Shown in pieces: positions 31,229-39,739 of a stretch of DNA of 64,000 bases. Both the position numbers and the translations under genes were made by a program. The stretch is taken from assembly GCA_963668315.1 (NCBI GenBank), contig OY764216.1:4608001-4672000 (forward strand). The letters run 5' to 3'. Each line of letters opens with the position of its first letter. Positions within the stretch are counted from its first letter, which is position 1. The notes beneath the pieces were generated by a model. That model did not search any database and had not been told where the DNA came from. It saw only the letters and a program-made list of their open reading frames with translations. The DNA comes from Spirochaetia bacterium. Lineage in GTDB: Bacteria; Spirochaetota; Spirochaetia; DSM-2461.

Positions 31229-31336
31229 GTTCAACGCCCGCATAACCTGTTTTCCGTACATGGCAGAAATCCTGCCTGCGAAGCAGAAAAGCAGGATTTG
31301 TGCCATAGGAAAATCAGGTTCATGCGATTGTTATAC
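31229..31336 (-). other. attC site
   Basis: R'' GTATAAC, L'' GCATGAAC (extra G) versus L' GTTATGC, second bulge CTGATTTTCC/GGAAAACAG, long stem, R' GTTGAAC; 108 bp. Confidence 0.85.
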
Positions 31337-31523
31337 GGTCCGTTCTTTTTCCCACATCTTTCTCGCTCCCGCCGGAACACAGGAAATGGGTGAAGGTGAT
31401 TCTTATTGATCTATTTTTCATTCTGCTCCATTACCATACTTGAAAGCAAGTCCGAAAACTGATCTGGATGCTTTTCCTTGATTCATATTAAATTGGAATT
31501 GGCAGTAGTCTTCATCTCTGCTG

Positions 31524-32966
31524 CTACTGGTCAAAAAGTAAGCAAGTTGGCGTATAGTTACAGGCACCGCTCCACTCATAACACTGGACAGGTGCTGTCG
31601 CATTTAGCCTATGTCCTAAGAAGAGGGCCAGATGGGAGGGCCCCGCGAAAAATAAGTGTATCTTATCTATAGAAGTCTTGGAAAGCTCAGTGGTAATTGC
31701 CAGCTTCAACTGATTCACCACAACATTTGTATGTTCTGGTGATAAAATAGGAGATGAGCTATTTAGGCTAAGAATTGAAGCTTCTCCAAGGTTTAGCGAA
31801 GGTAGAGCGGGCTTTACATTTTCCTTTATATCACGTGCGATCCCTATAACAATAACCAGATCGGAGCTTATACCATTGTCTTTTATGATAGTGAACTTGT
31901 ATGGTGGTGTTTTTTCGTTTGGAAATGAATCTGTAGACCAGATTTCATTTCGATATATGAGATCAATCGCAAATCCAGAAACTGCAGAGAATATAGACCC
32001 TATTGCTAAGGAAGTAGAGAGACGACGGCTACCAGATAAAGAGATTCTACGTGATTTACGATTCTCCTTAATCCAACTGATTGTATCTACTAATTCACCA
32101 ATTATATGTGCGTTCCAATGCTCAGGGGTAGGATATTCTCTTTTTTCGCCTCCGAAAAATGAATTCCATTGAAAACACAAGTCAGTACTATTGCAGATCT
32201 CTGTATTCGTAGAAGTATGCAGTGATATTGATTGTTCTGGTGGGCATTTTTTCTTCAGTACATCATTAATTGAAGCCTCTAAATCTATACGAAATACAGG
32301 TTCATTAAGCTTTTTGATTCGTGATTCAAATTCTGAGAATAATAAACCGATCTCTCTACTTGTTAGATCTTCAAATCTTGGTAGGTTCTCGTCAAGCCCT
32401 TGGCGGAAGAGCGCTTCTGCATCATTGCGAGCCAAGCTGAAATTTGGAAGTATTCTAACATGATCAAAAAGAAAACGAGCATCTTGCACTGAGTGTCCGG
32501 TATTTGCTACACGTTGTTCAAACTCTTTGTAAGTATTATTAATTACCGATGACTGGGAACCATAAAAATCATATGGTTCTCTCACTCTTCGGAGTGCATG
32601 TTCTATAGATTCTATCTCCGGTGAAATCCCAACAGAAGCTAATGTGAATGATCTATAAGTACTTGGACATCCTGCATGAATTTCTTTGAATCGATTAATC
32701 TCGTCCCAGAACTCAGCAGGAGTTACTCGATGATCTTTTGCCTCCCAAAGATCAATAATCATTCCTTGACCCGGAATGAAAAACTTGATTTCAATATCAC
32801 CGATTAGTTCACTGGCAATTGCAGTAAAACCTTCTTGTGCAAGCCATTTGGGAAGTTGGGATAAAAGTACTCCATCCTGAAAAGTAAAACCCTTCTGAGC
32901 TATTTCACCTCCCGTAGATTGAGGTTCAAGCAGTGATGGAGTTGGTTTAGAATTTTTCTTTGTCAT
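31524..32966 (-). CDS. cap4: CBASS Cap4-type effector (endonuclease + SAVED)
   Basis: SLLEPQSTGGEIAQKGFTFQD...DIEI...EAKDH...EFWDEINRFK as recalled for Cap4 nucleases; SAVED tail IHLFFAGPSHLALFLGHRLN...YEW...Y. Confidence 0.88.
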   Translation of the reverse strand: MTKKNSKPTPSLLEPQSTGGEIAQKGFTFQDGVLLSQLPKWLAQEGFTAIASELIGDIEIKFFIPGQGMIIDLWEAKDHRVTPAEFWDEINRFKEIHAGCPSTYRSFTLASVGISPEIESIEHALRRVREPYDFYGSQSSVINNTYKEFEQRVANTGHSVQDARFLFDHVRILPNFSLARNDAEALFRQGLDENLPRFEDLTSREIGLLFSEFESRIKKLNEPVFRIDLEASINDVLKKKCPPEQSISLHTSTNTEICNSTDLCFQWNSFFGGEKREYPTPEHWNAHIIGELVDTISWIKENRKSRRISLSGSRRLSTSLAIGSIFSAVSGFAIDLIYRNEIWSTDSFPNEKTPPYKFTIIKDNGISSDLVIVIGIARDIKENVKPALPSLNLGEASILSLNSSSPILSPEHTNVVVNQLKLAITTELSKTSIDKIHLFFAGPSHLALFLGHRLNATAPVQCYEWSGACNYTPTCLLFDQ

Positions 32967-33435
32967 ATATGTCGTTCTCCAATACAGTTTCTATCGGTTC
33001 ATATGATCCCTCTGGGAAAAAAATATATGAAGCTGCATCAAAGTTGATTCCAGATTGTTTTACAAGTAGCAGCATTACGAAATTCGCTCCAACAGATTTA
33101 TCTCCAACGATTCTAAACATTGTATTAACATCTGTGATGCTTGGATTTAAACTGAAAGCAGGGTGGGAATGCCATTCTCCTAAGTAATTGTACCGTTTAT
33201 ATTCAAAATTTGTTCTACGGAAAAAACTCTGGAGAGTAGATGCCAAACCTTTTAAAACACGTATAAACGATGTAAATGTACCTGTTTGGTGTTGGATAGT
33301 TATCTCCACCACACGGAATGTATTTTCAGCGACATGTTCTCCCATCAAAATACCGCCTATTTCTTTATCCCCAGCTATTTTGAGAGAATCATGCAGTCGA
33401 TTTATAATCTTACTCGGCAGAAGAATTTTGATCAT
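32947..33435 (-). CDS. cap3: CBASS Cap3 JAB/Mov34 peptidase
   Basis: EIGGILMG, YLGEWHSHP...PSITD. Confidence 0.9.
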   Translation of the reverse strand: MIKILLPSKIINRLHDSLKIAGDKEIGGILMGEHVAENTFRVVEITIQHQTGTFTSFIRVLKGLASTLQSFFRRTNFEYKRYNYLGEWHSHPAFSLNPSITDVNTMFRIVGDKSVGANFVMLLLVKQSGINFDAASYIFFPEGSYEPIETVLENDIYDKEKF

Positions 33436-35197
33436 TCTTTTTCTCCAATAGTTTACCAATAAACTCAACAGTATCTTTTTTTATTTGTTCTGTTGGCTGT
33501 TTAGATCCTATGTGTGTCTCCTTTAGGTGTTTAGTATCAATAGGAATATTATGAAATGGTTGAGAAAATACCCAGGATCTTTTTAATCCGATTAAGTATA
33601 GCGAGTATGGGTAGGTTGACGGTTCTCGATCCAAGACTGTGTCTATAGCCAAATTAGTTGCATTGGATGCTATTACATTAACATCTGCATCCGAGGCTAT
33701 TATTACATGTCCTTCAGTATTTTCTAAAGCGTAAGATGTTGTTGCGACTCCCTCCTCAAAAGGATGTTCCTCTGTATATCGCAAGTAAGCTGCTCGTATA
33801 ACTTGAGGATCAGGGTCCTTCTTCGGGCGACTTCTTGCTATCAATCCACCAATTCCTCCAGCAAATACTTCTGCCCATATAAGAGGTACCTTATTTTGCC
33901 GGAAAACTCCTGACATTATATTGAAAACCTGAGATGAGGCAGTCATATCCAATATCATGTCGCATTGAGATAACTTATCGAGTACTCCATTTAATACAGC
34001 AGGATTCTCTTGACCTGTAACATTTACCTTGGAGATCTCTATTTTCGCATCATACACGATACTGTCGATGGCTTTGGCAACAGCAGCAGCTTTATGCTCT
34101 CCAACGCTGTTCCAATCAAGTTCATGGCGGCATAAGTTTTCAGGCATTAGAATGTCATCATCAACTAAAAAAAAATCTTTCACACCCATACGGGCAACAG
34201 ACACAGCGACTTTTGATCCAAGAGAACCAAGACCAATTATTCCAATTCGTTTCTCGGCTAAGGTTTGCAATTCAACTTGTGTACGGGGTAGGTTTGAATT
34301 ATTATCAGGTATTATGTTGCCGGTATGCCAAAGTTCATCTTCTTTATAGGACGTGAAAACATGGAGAACATGATCTTGATCAGTAATAATAATTACTCCA
34401 GGAGGTTTTTCGAGTCCATATTTCGGTATGGATTCTGACCAAGAAAGAGATATATCCTTATAGCCAGCTGCTTTAAGAGCCTCTTCCATCTCACTCAACG
34501 TCGAAAGCTTAGTTATGGAAGAATGTTTAAGTTCTGTGGTGAAAATAAGACCCTGACTGAACCATACATTTCTCTTATTACGGAGTGTGTTGGGAATCTC
34601 TGCATCTTTCCATTCATCAAAAGAAAGTGGTGAAACCTCATGAATAAGGAGTGTATAGGCATCTCTTTGATACTGATTTGAGTATCGAATCGTTCCTGAT
34701 GTTAGATTTGGAAGTGATCCAACATACTGTTGTAGTTTATTGCCTATATAAATTCGTTCAATAGTCTTTCGGAGTTTCTGACCCATGGTAAGATAATGTC
34801 GTGATGGAGCAATCACAGAAGTCTCTGATCCGAGAGGATTCTCTATTTCAAGAAGTCTGAATACGCTTTCCAGAACTTGTGCTCCAGTGACCGTAGAAAT
34901 CCATGTATCAGGGCCCCATTCGAGACAAAGTGAACCATCTCTGTATTGATGTGATGACCATGATTCTGAAGGATTTGCCGGTCGAACTATGGGGGGCGCA
35001 AAAGGAAAATGATTCGGATAAGTCATCAGAATATTGTACGTGATGCCATGGGCTTTTACAGCTGCATTAATAGCGAGTCCGTCACTTGATAATGTCCACT
35101 CAGTGCCGATGAGCCAACTATTGTTATGATGAAGCTGAGTAATGGCCGTTCGTTCCTCGTTCAATCGATCCGGATTAGATAAAAACCAGAAATCCAT
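33410..35197 (-). CDS. cap2: CBASS Cap2 E2-E1 (ThiF) fusion
   Basis: E2-like YPNHFPFAPP...HQY..GSLCL; E1 IGLGSLGS...DDD...ENLCRH. Confidence 0.9.
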   Translation of the reverse strand: MDFWFLSNPDRLNEERTAITQLHHNNSWLIGTEWTLSSDGLAINAAVKAHGITYNILMTYPNHFPFAPPIVRPANPSESWSSHQYRDGSLCLEWGPDTWISTVTGAQVLESVFRLLEIENPLGSETSVIAPSRHYLTMGQKLRKTIERIYIGNKLQQYVGSLPNLTSGTIRYSNQYQRDAYTLLIHEVSPLSFDEWKDAEIPNTLRNKRNVWFSQGLIFTTELKHSSITKLSTLSEMEEALKAAGYKDISLSWSESIPKYGLEKPPGVIIITDQDHVLHVFTSYKEDELWHTGNIIPDNNSNLPRTQVELQTLAEKRIGIIGLGSLGSKVAVSVARMGVKDFFLVDDDILMPENLCRHELDWNSVGEHKAAAVAKAIDSIVYDAKIEISKVNVTGQENPAVLNGVLDKLSQCDMILDMTASSQVFNIMSGVFRQNKVPLIWAEVFAGGIGGLIARSRPKKDPDPQVIRAAYLRYTEEHPFEEGVATTSYALENTEGHVIIASDADVNVIASNATNLAIDTVLDREPSTYPYSLYLIGLKRSWVFSQPFHNIPIDTKHLKETHIGSKQPTEQIKKDTVEFIGKLLEKKNDQNSSAE

Positions 35198-36201
35198 TAT
35201 GCAAATTTCCCCGGTCGTTTTGGTGTAATTGGTTTATTAGGAAAAGACAGGCCGTCAGAGATGACCGCTGCAGATAGAAGACCCTCATCTCTTGAATCAG
35301 ATTTTCCAGATGTTGGAAATCGATCTCCAAATAGAATTCGCCATTTACCAAGAGCAGTCTGATCATCCTGCTCTTCACAAGCTTCTCGGCCAAGTTCTCC
35401 ATGATTTTTTGCCTTATTATAGAATCCCTTGAAGGCATCAAATGACATCCCGTTTGTAATTGAATTTCCTGGTACTGCCGGATCTTCAATAAATGGAACG
35501 ATTCCACTATCAATTGCCCATGAATATTTCTCAACAAATCTTTCGAGTGTTCCCAGGAAAAGTTCTACATATTGAGTTTCATTAAGATCGGCACACTCTG
35601 ATGCAATAACTTCAATAACAAATCCCTTAGGCTTTTTATTTACTGTAGGATTCTCTCTACGCCACCACTTTAGAAGTTTAACCAGAGGTTTGAATACCCC
35701 ATTACTGGATTTATTAACATCCGTAGTCCATAGAGTATGGCCAGGAGGATTTGTAACAAGCCACTCTCCAAGTTTTCGATCAGGAATGTATAATGTACCT
35801 TCTATTCCATTGGGGGCAATTATCGGAACTACATCCATGTCAGTTTTCGATGTTTCTATACCGACAGACCGTGCTTGCCGGCGTATATTGGAATACTCTT
35901 TAGCTAAGGTTTTATAAAGCAATTCAATAACATCACCTGGTTTGTCTGAAAGTGTATGATTTGTAACAACTATTATATCAACGTCGGGGCGATCGGTATC
36001 TCCATTTTTCATATGTGGTCTTATGGCTGTATCACGTTTATAAGAACCTGAAAGAAATGTTGCGGTATGATACTCTTTAAAATCTTCATCAGCTTGAAGA
36101 AAATTCCTTAGTTTAGTGTGAGCTGAGCTTGCATTTGCCTTTGTTGTTGAACTAGGTTCTATATCTCTTAGAAAGTCCTTGAACTGTGATTGAATTGACA
36201 T
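35197..36201 (-). CDS. CD-NTase (cGAS/DncV-like cyclic oligonucleotide synthase)
   Basis: [14 protein letters not shown]...DVDII, MDVVP, TNP, KLLKWWR; tail [11 protein letters not shown] typical of Cap2 substrates. Confidence 0.9.
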   Translation of the reverse strand: MSIQSQFKDFLRDIEPSSTTKANASSAHTKLRNFLQADEDFKEYHTATFLSGSYKRDTAIRPHMKNGDTDRPDVDIIVVTNHTLSDKPGDVIELLYKTLAKEYSNIRRQARSVGIETSKTDMDVVPIIAPNGIEGTLYIPDRKLGEWLVTNPPGHTLWTTDVNKSSNGVFKPLVKLLKWWRRENPTVNKKPKGFVIEVIASECADLNETQYVELFLGTLERFVEKYSWAIDSGIVPFIEDPAVPGNSITNGMSFDAFKGFYNKAKNHGELGREACEEQDDQTALGKWRILFGDRFPTSGKSDSRDEGLLSAAVISDGLSFPNKPITPKRPGKFA

Positions 36202-36248
36202 TTAATAGCCCCCTTCGATACAATTTTACACTTTTTTAGATTTTATCC

Positions 36249-36355
36249 GTATAACGCCGTTTTGAGCTGCTGGCTTTGTCCCGAAGGGTTGGCGTAGTTT
36301 TTGAGAACTCAAAAACTATGACAAAAAAACAGACTGCTCCAAAACCTTGTTATGT
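36249..36355 (-). other. attC site
   Basis: R'' ACATAAC contains the stop codon of the 81-aa ORF; L'' TTTTGGAGC (extra G) versus L' GCTCAAAA; inner stem TAGTTTTTGAG/CTCAAAAACTA; R' GTTATAC; 107 bp. Confidence 0.87.
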
Positions 36356-36595
36356 GTCTCTTTCCTTCTTTAATATTTCTAATTCTATTAATCGCATTTT
36401 ATATGCTAAATATGAGATACTAATCATTGATATATTTGTCGTAAAAATTATAGAAACATATAGAATTAACTGATTTACAGTTAGGTTTTGAGTGATATTA
36501 TTACCAAAGATTATTGTTAGGGCTAATATTGTAAGAATAGCGATTATGAAGATTATCTCATAAACCCAGAATATTTTCACTATTTTTTCTTTCAC
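36350..36595 (-). CDS. Small two-TM membrane protein (last gene of cassette 1)
   Basis: Two hydrophobic helices; GAGGAGG upstream of GTG; TAA inside attC R''. Confidence 0.65.
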   Translation of the reverse strand: MKEKIVKIFWVYEIIFIIAILTILALTIIFGNNITQNLTVNQLILYVSIIFTTNISMISISYLAYKMRLIELEILKKERDT

Positions 36596-37166
36596 GCTTT
36601 AACCCTCCTCTAACTGTTTCTTGTTTAACTTTTTCCCACTCTGCCTTTAGTATTTTTTTGATATTCTTCCTTAATCTTTCAATATATTTATCATCAATTT
36701 CTAGATAATATTTTCCTTGGTAAATTCTTTTTAACTTTTCTAAATCTTTGATCAAATTAATGTCATCATCATCATTCAATCTTAAAATGGATAATTCGAT
36801 TTTTGTCACTATTTCATAATTTTTTGATTCTCTTAGCTTTTTTTCATGAGATATATCACGAACAAAGTCGTTATATTCATAAAGATCTTCAGAGCTAGGA
36901 TCATCACCAGGATAACCGACCTCTTTGTCATCAATTTCAACTTTTTGACAAAATCTCAAAGTACTTGTATGTGATAATATTTGAGAGAAATCATTTCTGA
37001 GTGTATCAATCCATAAAATTCTTTGATTTGTAACTGTTTCGATGTATTTTTGTGTCTTTATATTTTTTCTAGTATATACGACTGTCAATAAAGAAATTAC
37101 TACTGCTAAAAATGCAACTATAGTTGATACGTTATCAAGTATGAAATTTTTCAAAGAAACCTCCAA
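36558..37166 (-). CDS. Hypothetical protein with N-terminal TM helix
   Basis: TIVAFLAVVISLLTVVY followed by a charged helical domain. Confidence 0.7.
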   Translation of the reverse strand: MEVSLKNFILDNVSTIVAFLAVVISLLTVVYTRKNIKTQKYIETVTNQRILWIDTLRNDFSQILSHTSTLRFCQKVEIDDKEVGYPGDDPSSEDLYEYNDFVRDISHEKKLRESKNYEIVTKIELSILRLNDDDDINLIKDLEKLKRIYQGKYYLEIDDKYIERLRKNIKKILKAEWEKVKQETVRGGLKRERKNSENILGL

Positions 37167-37167
37167 T

Positions 37168-38823
37168 TTAAAGTTTTTTTCCAGTTATTTTTAAAAATTC
37201 ATCTTCCGAAATATACTTATTGGGATGAACATCAGATGAAAGGTTAAATACTAGTTTTCTTAGCTTTTCGTACTTTGGATTTGTATCAAAATCATCACGT
37301 AAAATATGCTGATAAACATTGTAAGGTTTGTCTTTCTCAATACTTTCTCCTAAGTAATAATCCTCAAAATCAGTAATATGTACTATTGGATATACAAGAC
37401 CAGATGATTTTTGACATTCTTCAAGAATTCTCTTATTTATCGTCCACATAGGATTTCTCTTCCCTGCTTTTGTTGTCTCTGTATCAGAATCATGAAGAGC
37501 TATTGCTTTTGATTTGAATTTATTTATGATCTTAATGTAGGTAGGAATATTTGCTTTCCCTCTGCAATTTAATATATGAAAACCATCAGTATCATATTTA
37601 TTACAAAGAATTTTTAGAGCCGTTTCTTCTGTTTCTCCTTCTATCAGTACTATGTTTTCATAAAAGAAAAACTCATTTGTTAACGGATTACAAAGATTAA
37701 TCATTTTCAAATTATTCTTTTCATCTGTTGAAAATTCTGATTCTTCGGTTTGAAAGTATCTAATACTTTCTTGATTATTAGAAACCTTAATTATCGTTGT
37801 ATGATCTTTACTGAGGTCAATAAACACAGGGCTATGTGTTGTACATATAATTTGCCATCCAGCAACTTCAGATAAAGCATAGAGCGCTTCTCTCGCAGAC
37901 CTTACAACAGATGGATGTAGATTTACTTCAGGTTCATCTAATAATAAAACTTTAGGATCGCTGTTAGTAACATTCATTCTTCCTTTTTTAAGGATACCCT
38001 TACTTGCATAAGCTTTTATGGCTGACCATAGGAATGCTCTTTGAATACCTGATCCTTGATTACACAAAGGAGCTTTCATATTATTTGTAGTAAATATAAA
38101 TTGACTACCTTCCTTTATTGACTTTTCAGGTTCAAATTTTCCAACATTTGTGTCAAATATTACGCCTGTATCTGGGAAAGAAGATTGCATCGATTCTATT
38201 AATGAATCATTTATTTCATTAAGATCTGATGATATCTCTTTTTCAATTTCTTTACCCAATACTCTTATCTGATCGACAATTTTGGTTATTTTAGTTTTAT
38301 CCTTAGCAATGCTTTTAGATACTTCTTTCGCAATTAAATCTTTAACAATTGTTTCTAATTTATCTGTTGTATCAAATGGACTAATTCTTATTGGAACTGG
38401 CAGTTTACTCTTTAAAATTGAATCCCAACCTCCAGCTCCTCCTGGTTTCCATGTGTTGGTTTTATTGCTGAAACTAAATTTCTTTCCTTTTTCATCAGGA
38501 GCATTCCACTCAAATTGGAATTTCGAGCAATTACCATATTCTTGATCATCAGCGATAAACCATTCCTGACCTATTGATTTAATATCGTCTTCTGTAATGT
38601 CATCAAAAATGCCGGTTATTCTTACAGGTTTTGAAATATCTTGATCATTGAAATCAGTTAGTTTTAATGCACTACCTAATGAGAAATAAGCTTCATATGC
38701 ATCCAATACAGTCGATTTACAACAATTATTTGGTCCAATTAGCACAACAATTTCATTAATTAATATCTTTATTGGATTTTTAATTCCTTTGAAATTCTCA
38801 ATTTCTAAAGCTTTTAATTTCAT
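37168..38823 (-). CDS. OLD-family ABC-ATPase + TOPRIM nuclease
   Basis: IENFKGI, GPNNCCKST, QGSGIQR, LLLDEPEVNLHP, TTHSP, LIEGETE, HDSD; AGGAG RBS. Confidence 0.88.
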   Translation of the reverse strand: MKLKALEIENFKGIKNPIKILINEIVVLIGPNNCCKSTVLDAYEAYFSLGSALKLTDFNDQDISKPVRITGIFDDITEDDIKSIGQEWFIADDQEYGNCSKFQFEWNAPDEKGKKFSFSNKTNTWKPGGAGGWDSILKSKLPVPIRISPFDTTDKLETIVKDLIAKEVSKSIAKDKTKITKIVDQIRVLGKEIEKEISSDLNEINDSLIESMQSSFPDTGVIFDTNVGKFEPEKSIKEGSQFIFTTNNMKAPLCNQGSGIQRAFLWSAIKAYASKGILKKGRMNVTNSDPKVLLLDEPEVNLHPSVVRSAREALYALSEVAGWQIICTTHSPVFIDLSKDHTTIIKVSNNQESIRYFQTEESEFSTDEKNNLKMINLCNPLTNEFFFYENIVLIEGETEETALKILCNKYDTDGFHILNCRGKANIPTYIKIINKFKSKAIALHDSDTETTKAGKRNPMWTINKRILEECQKSSGLVYPIVHITDFEDYYLGESIEKDKPYNVYQHILRDDFDTNPKYEKLRKLVFNLSSDVHPNKYISEDEFLKITGKKL

Positions 38824-38848
38824 ATGAACTCCTGAACATTTATTATAC

Positions 38849-38885
38849 ACATAACAATACAGTTATACTGTATCAATACAATACT
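38849..38885 (-). other. attI-like simple recombination site
   Basis: Minus strand GTATTGTATTGATACA GTATAAC TGTATT GTTATGT; GTTATGTGT is complementary to ACACATAAC at the end of cassette 1. Confidence 0.6.
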
Positions 38886-39010
38886 CAGCCCATATTGTGT
38901 TCCTGAAAACTATAAATAGCCTTTAAATACCATCAAAGCCATGTTTAAAGATGAAAGATAAAGAGCAAAAAGTACTTATTTCGCCCCTTTTATATCTTCA
39001 CATATTATTC

Positions 39011-39039
39011 ACAATACACCCAAATCATTCATCCATCAA
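39011..39039 (-). promoter_or_regulatory. Candidate Pc-like promoter facing the cassettes
   Basis: TTGATG-N17-TATTGT. Confidence 0.35.
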
Positions 39040-39080
39040 CATTTTTACAATATAATAAGACAATTAAAAGTAAGCAAAAA

Positions 39081-39110
39081 TAAAAAAAGCCCGGTTTTAT
39101 ACCGAGCTAA
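39081..39110 (-). terminator. Intrinsic terminator after the integrase operon
   Basis: AGCTCGGT-ATAAA-ACCGGGGCT followed by a T run on the minus strand. Confidence 0.6.
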
Positions 39111-39130
39111 AATATCAAGTGAGGCCCCTC

Positions 39131-39739
39131 CTATATTCCGGATAACCTTCGCCTTATCCGCCTCACCTCATTATCATCATCCTCAACCCAGACACATACT
39201 AAACGCTTCCCCTCCCCTATCTTTTCCCTGGCTTCAGTCAGAGAAAACCCCTTAATCTTATTCTCCCCAATGTACAAAGACGCACCTCGTACCGTCATGA
39301 TTCCGTCAACGGGTATAACAGGATATACGTTTAGCTCATCACGCTTGCGGATATTGTAATCTTTTAACTGTCTCACACTCATGGATTTAAGGCGCTTAAA
39401 ATACATGGGATCACGATCAGCAATAGTAGAATCGATCATCTGCACTTTACTAAGATTGTCCGAAAGTTTGATATTTTCACCCTTCAATTCCAATTGATAA
39501 CGTAAAAATAGCTCGCCCGCATGGGCAAGTCTCAGACTCTCCCGATACTTCAAATGAGTCCTCTCCATCCTAATGTAATCTTTCCATGACTTGGCTACTT
39601 GTAAGTACAACCCTTCCATCTTAATCGTCGCCAAGGCCACAGCCAGATTAGCCATGGCCTTCTTAACGCCATACTCTACGGATCTCATGAAACCCTCGAT
39701 ATCATAAAGGGTGGTACCCTCAGGAAAAAACTCATTCAT
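39131..39739 (-). CDS. Hypothetical protein translationally coupled to the integrase
   Basis: ATGA overlap with integrase stop; 202 aa. Confidence 0.7.
   Translation of the reverse strand: MNEFFPEGTTLYDIEGFMRSVEYGVKKAMANLAVALATIKMEGLYLQVAKSWKDYIRMERTHLKYRESLRLAHAGELFLRYQLELKGENIKLSDNLSKVQMIDSTIADRDPMYFKRLKSMSVRQLKDYNIRKRDELNVYPVIPVDGIMTVRGASLYIGENKIKGFSLTEAREKIGEGKRLVCVWVEDDDNEVRRIRRRLSGI

Larger units (their letters stand above)
28712..31234 (-). mobile_element. Tyrosine recombinase + IS91-family transposase unit
   Basis: Starts GTTGAACTAAACCG; ends CGGTTGAGTACAAC (12/14 complementary) plus hairpin. Confidence 0.75.

Noticed and set aside
37168..38823. Gabija or retron system
   Set aside because: No UvrD helicase or reverse transcriptase nearby
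38843..38872. dif/pdif XerCD site (ATAA-CTGTATTG-TTATGT)
   Set aside because: The arms match dif poorly beyond the core; complementarity to the attC R'' at 36349-36357 explains it better
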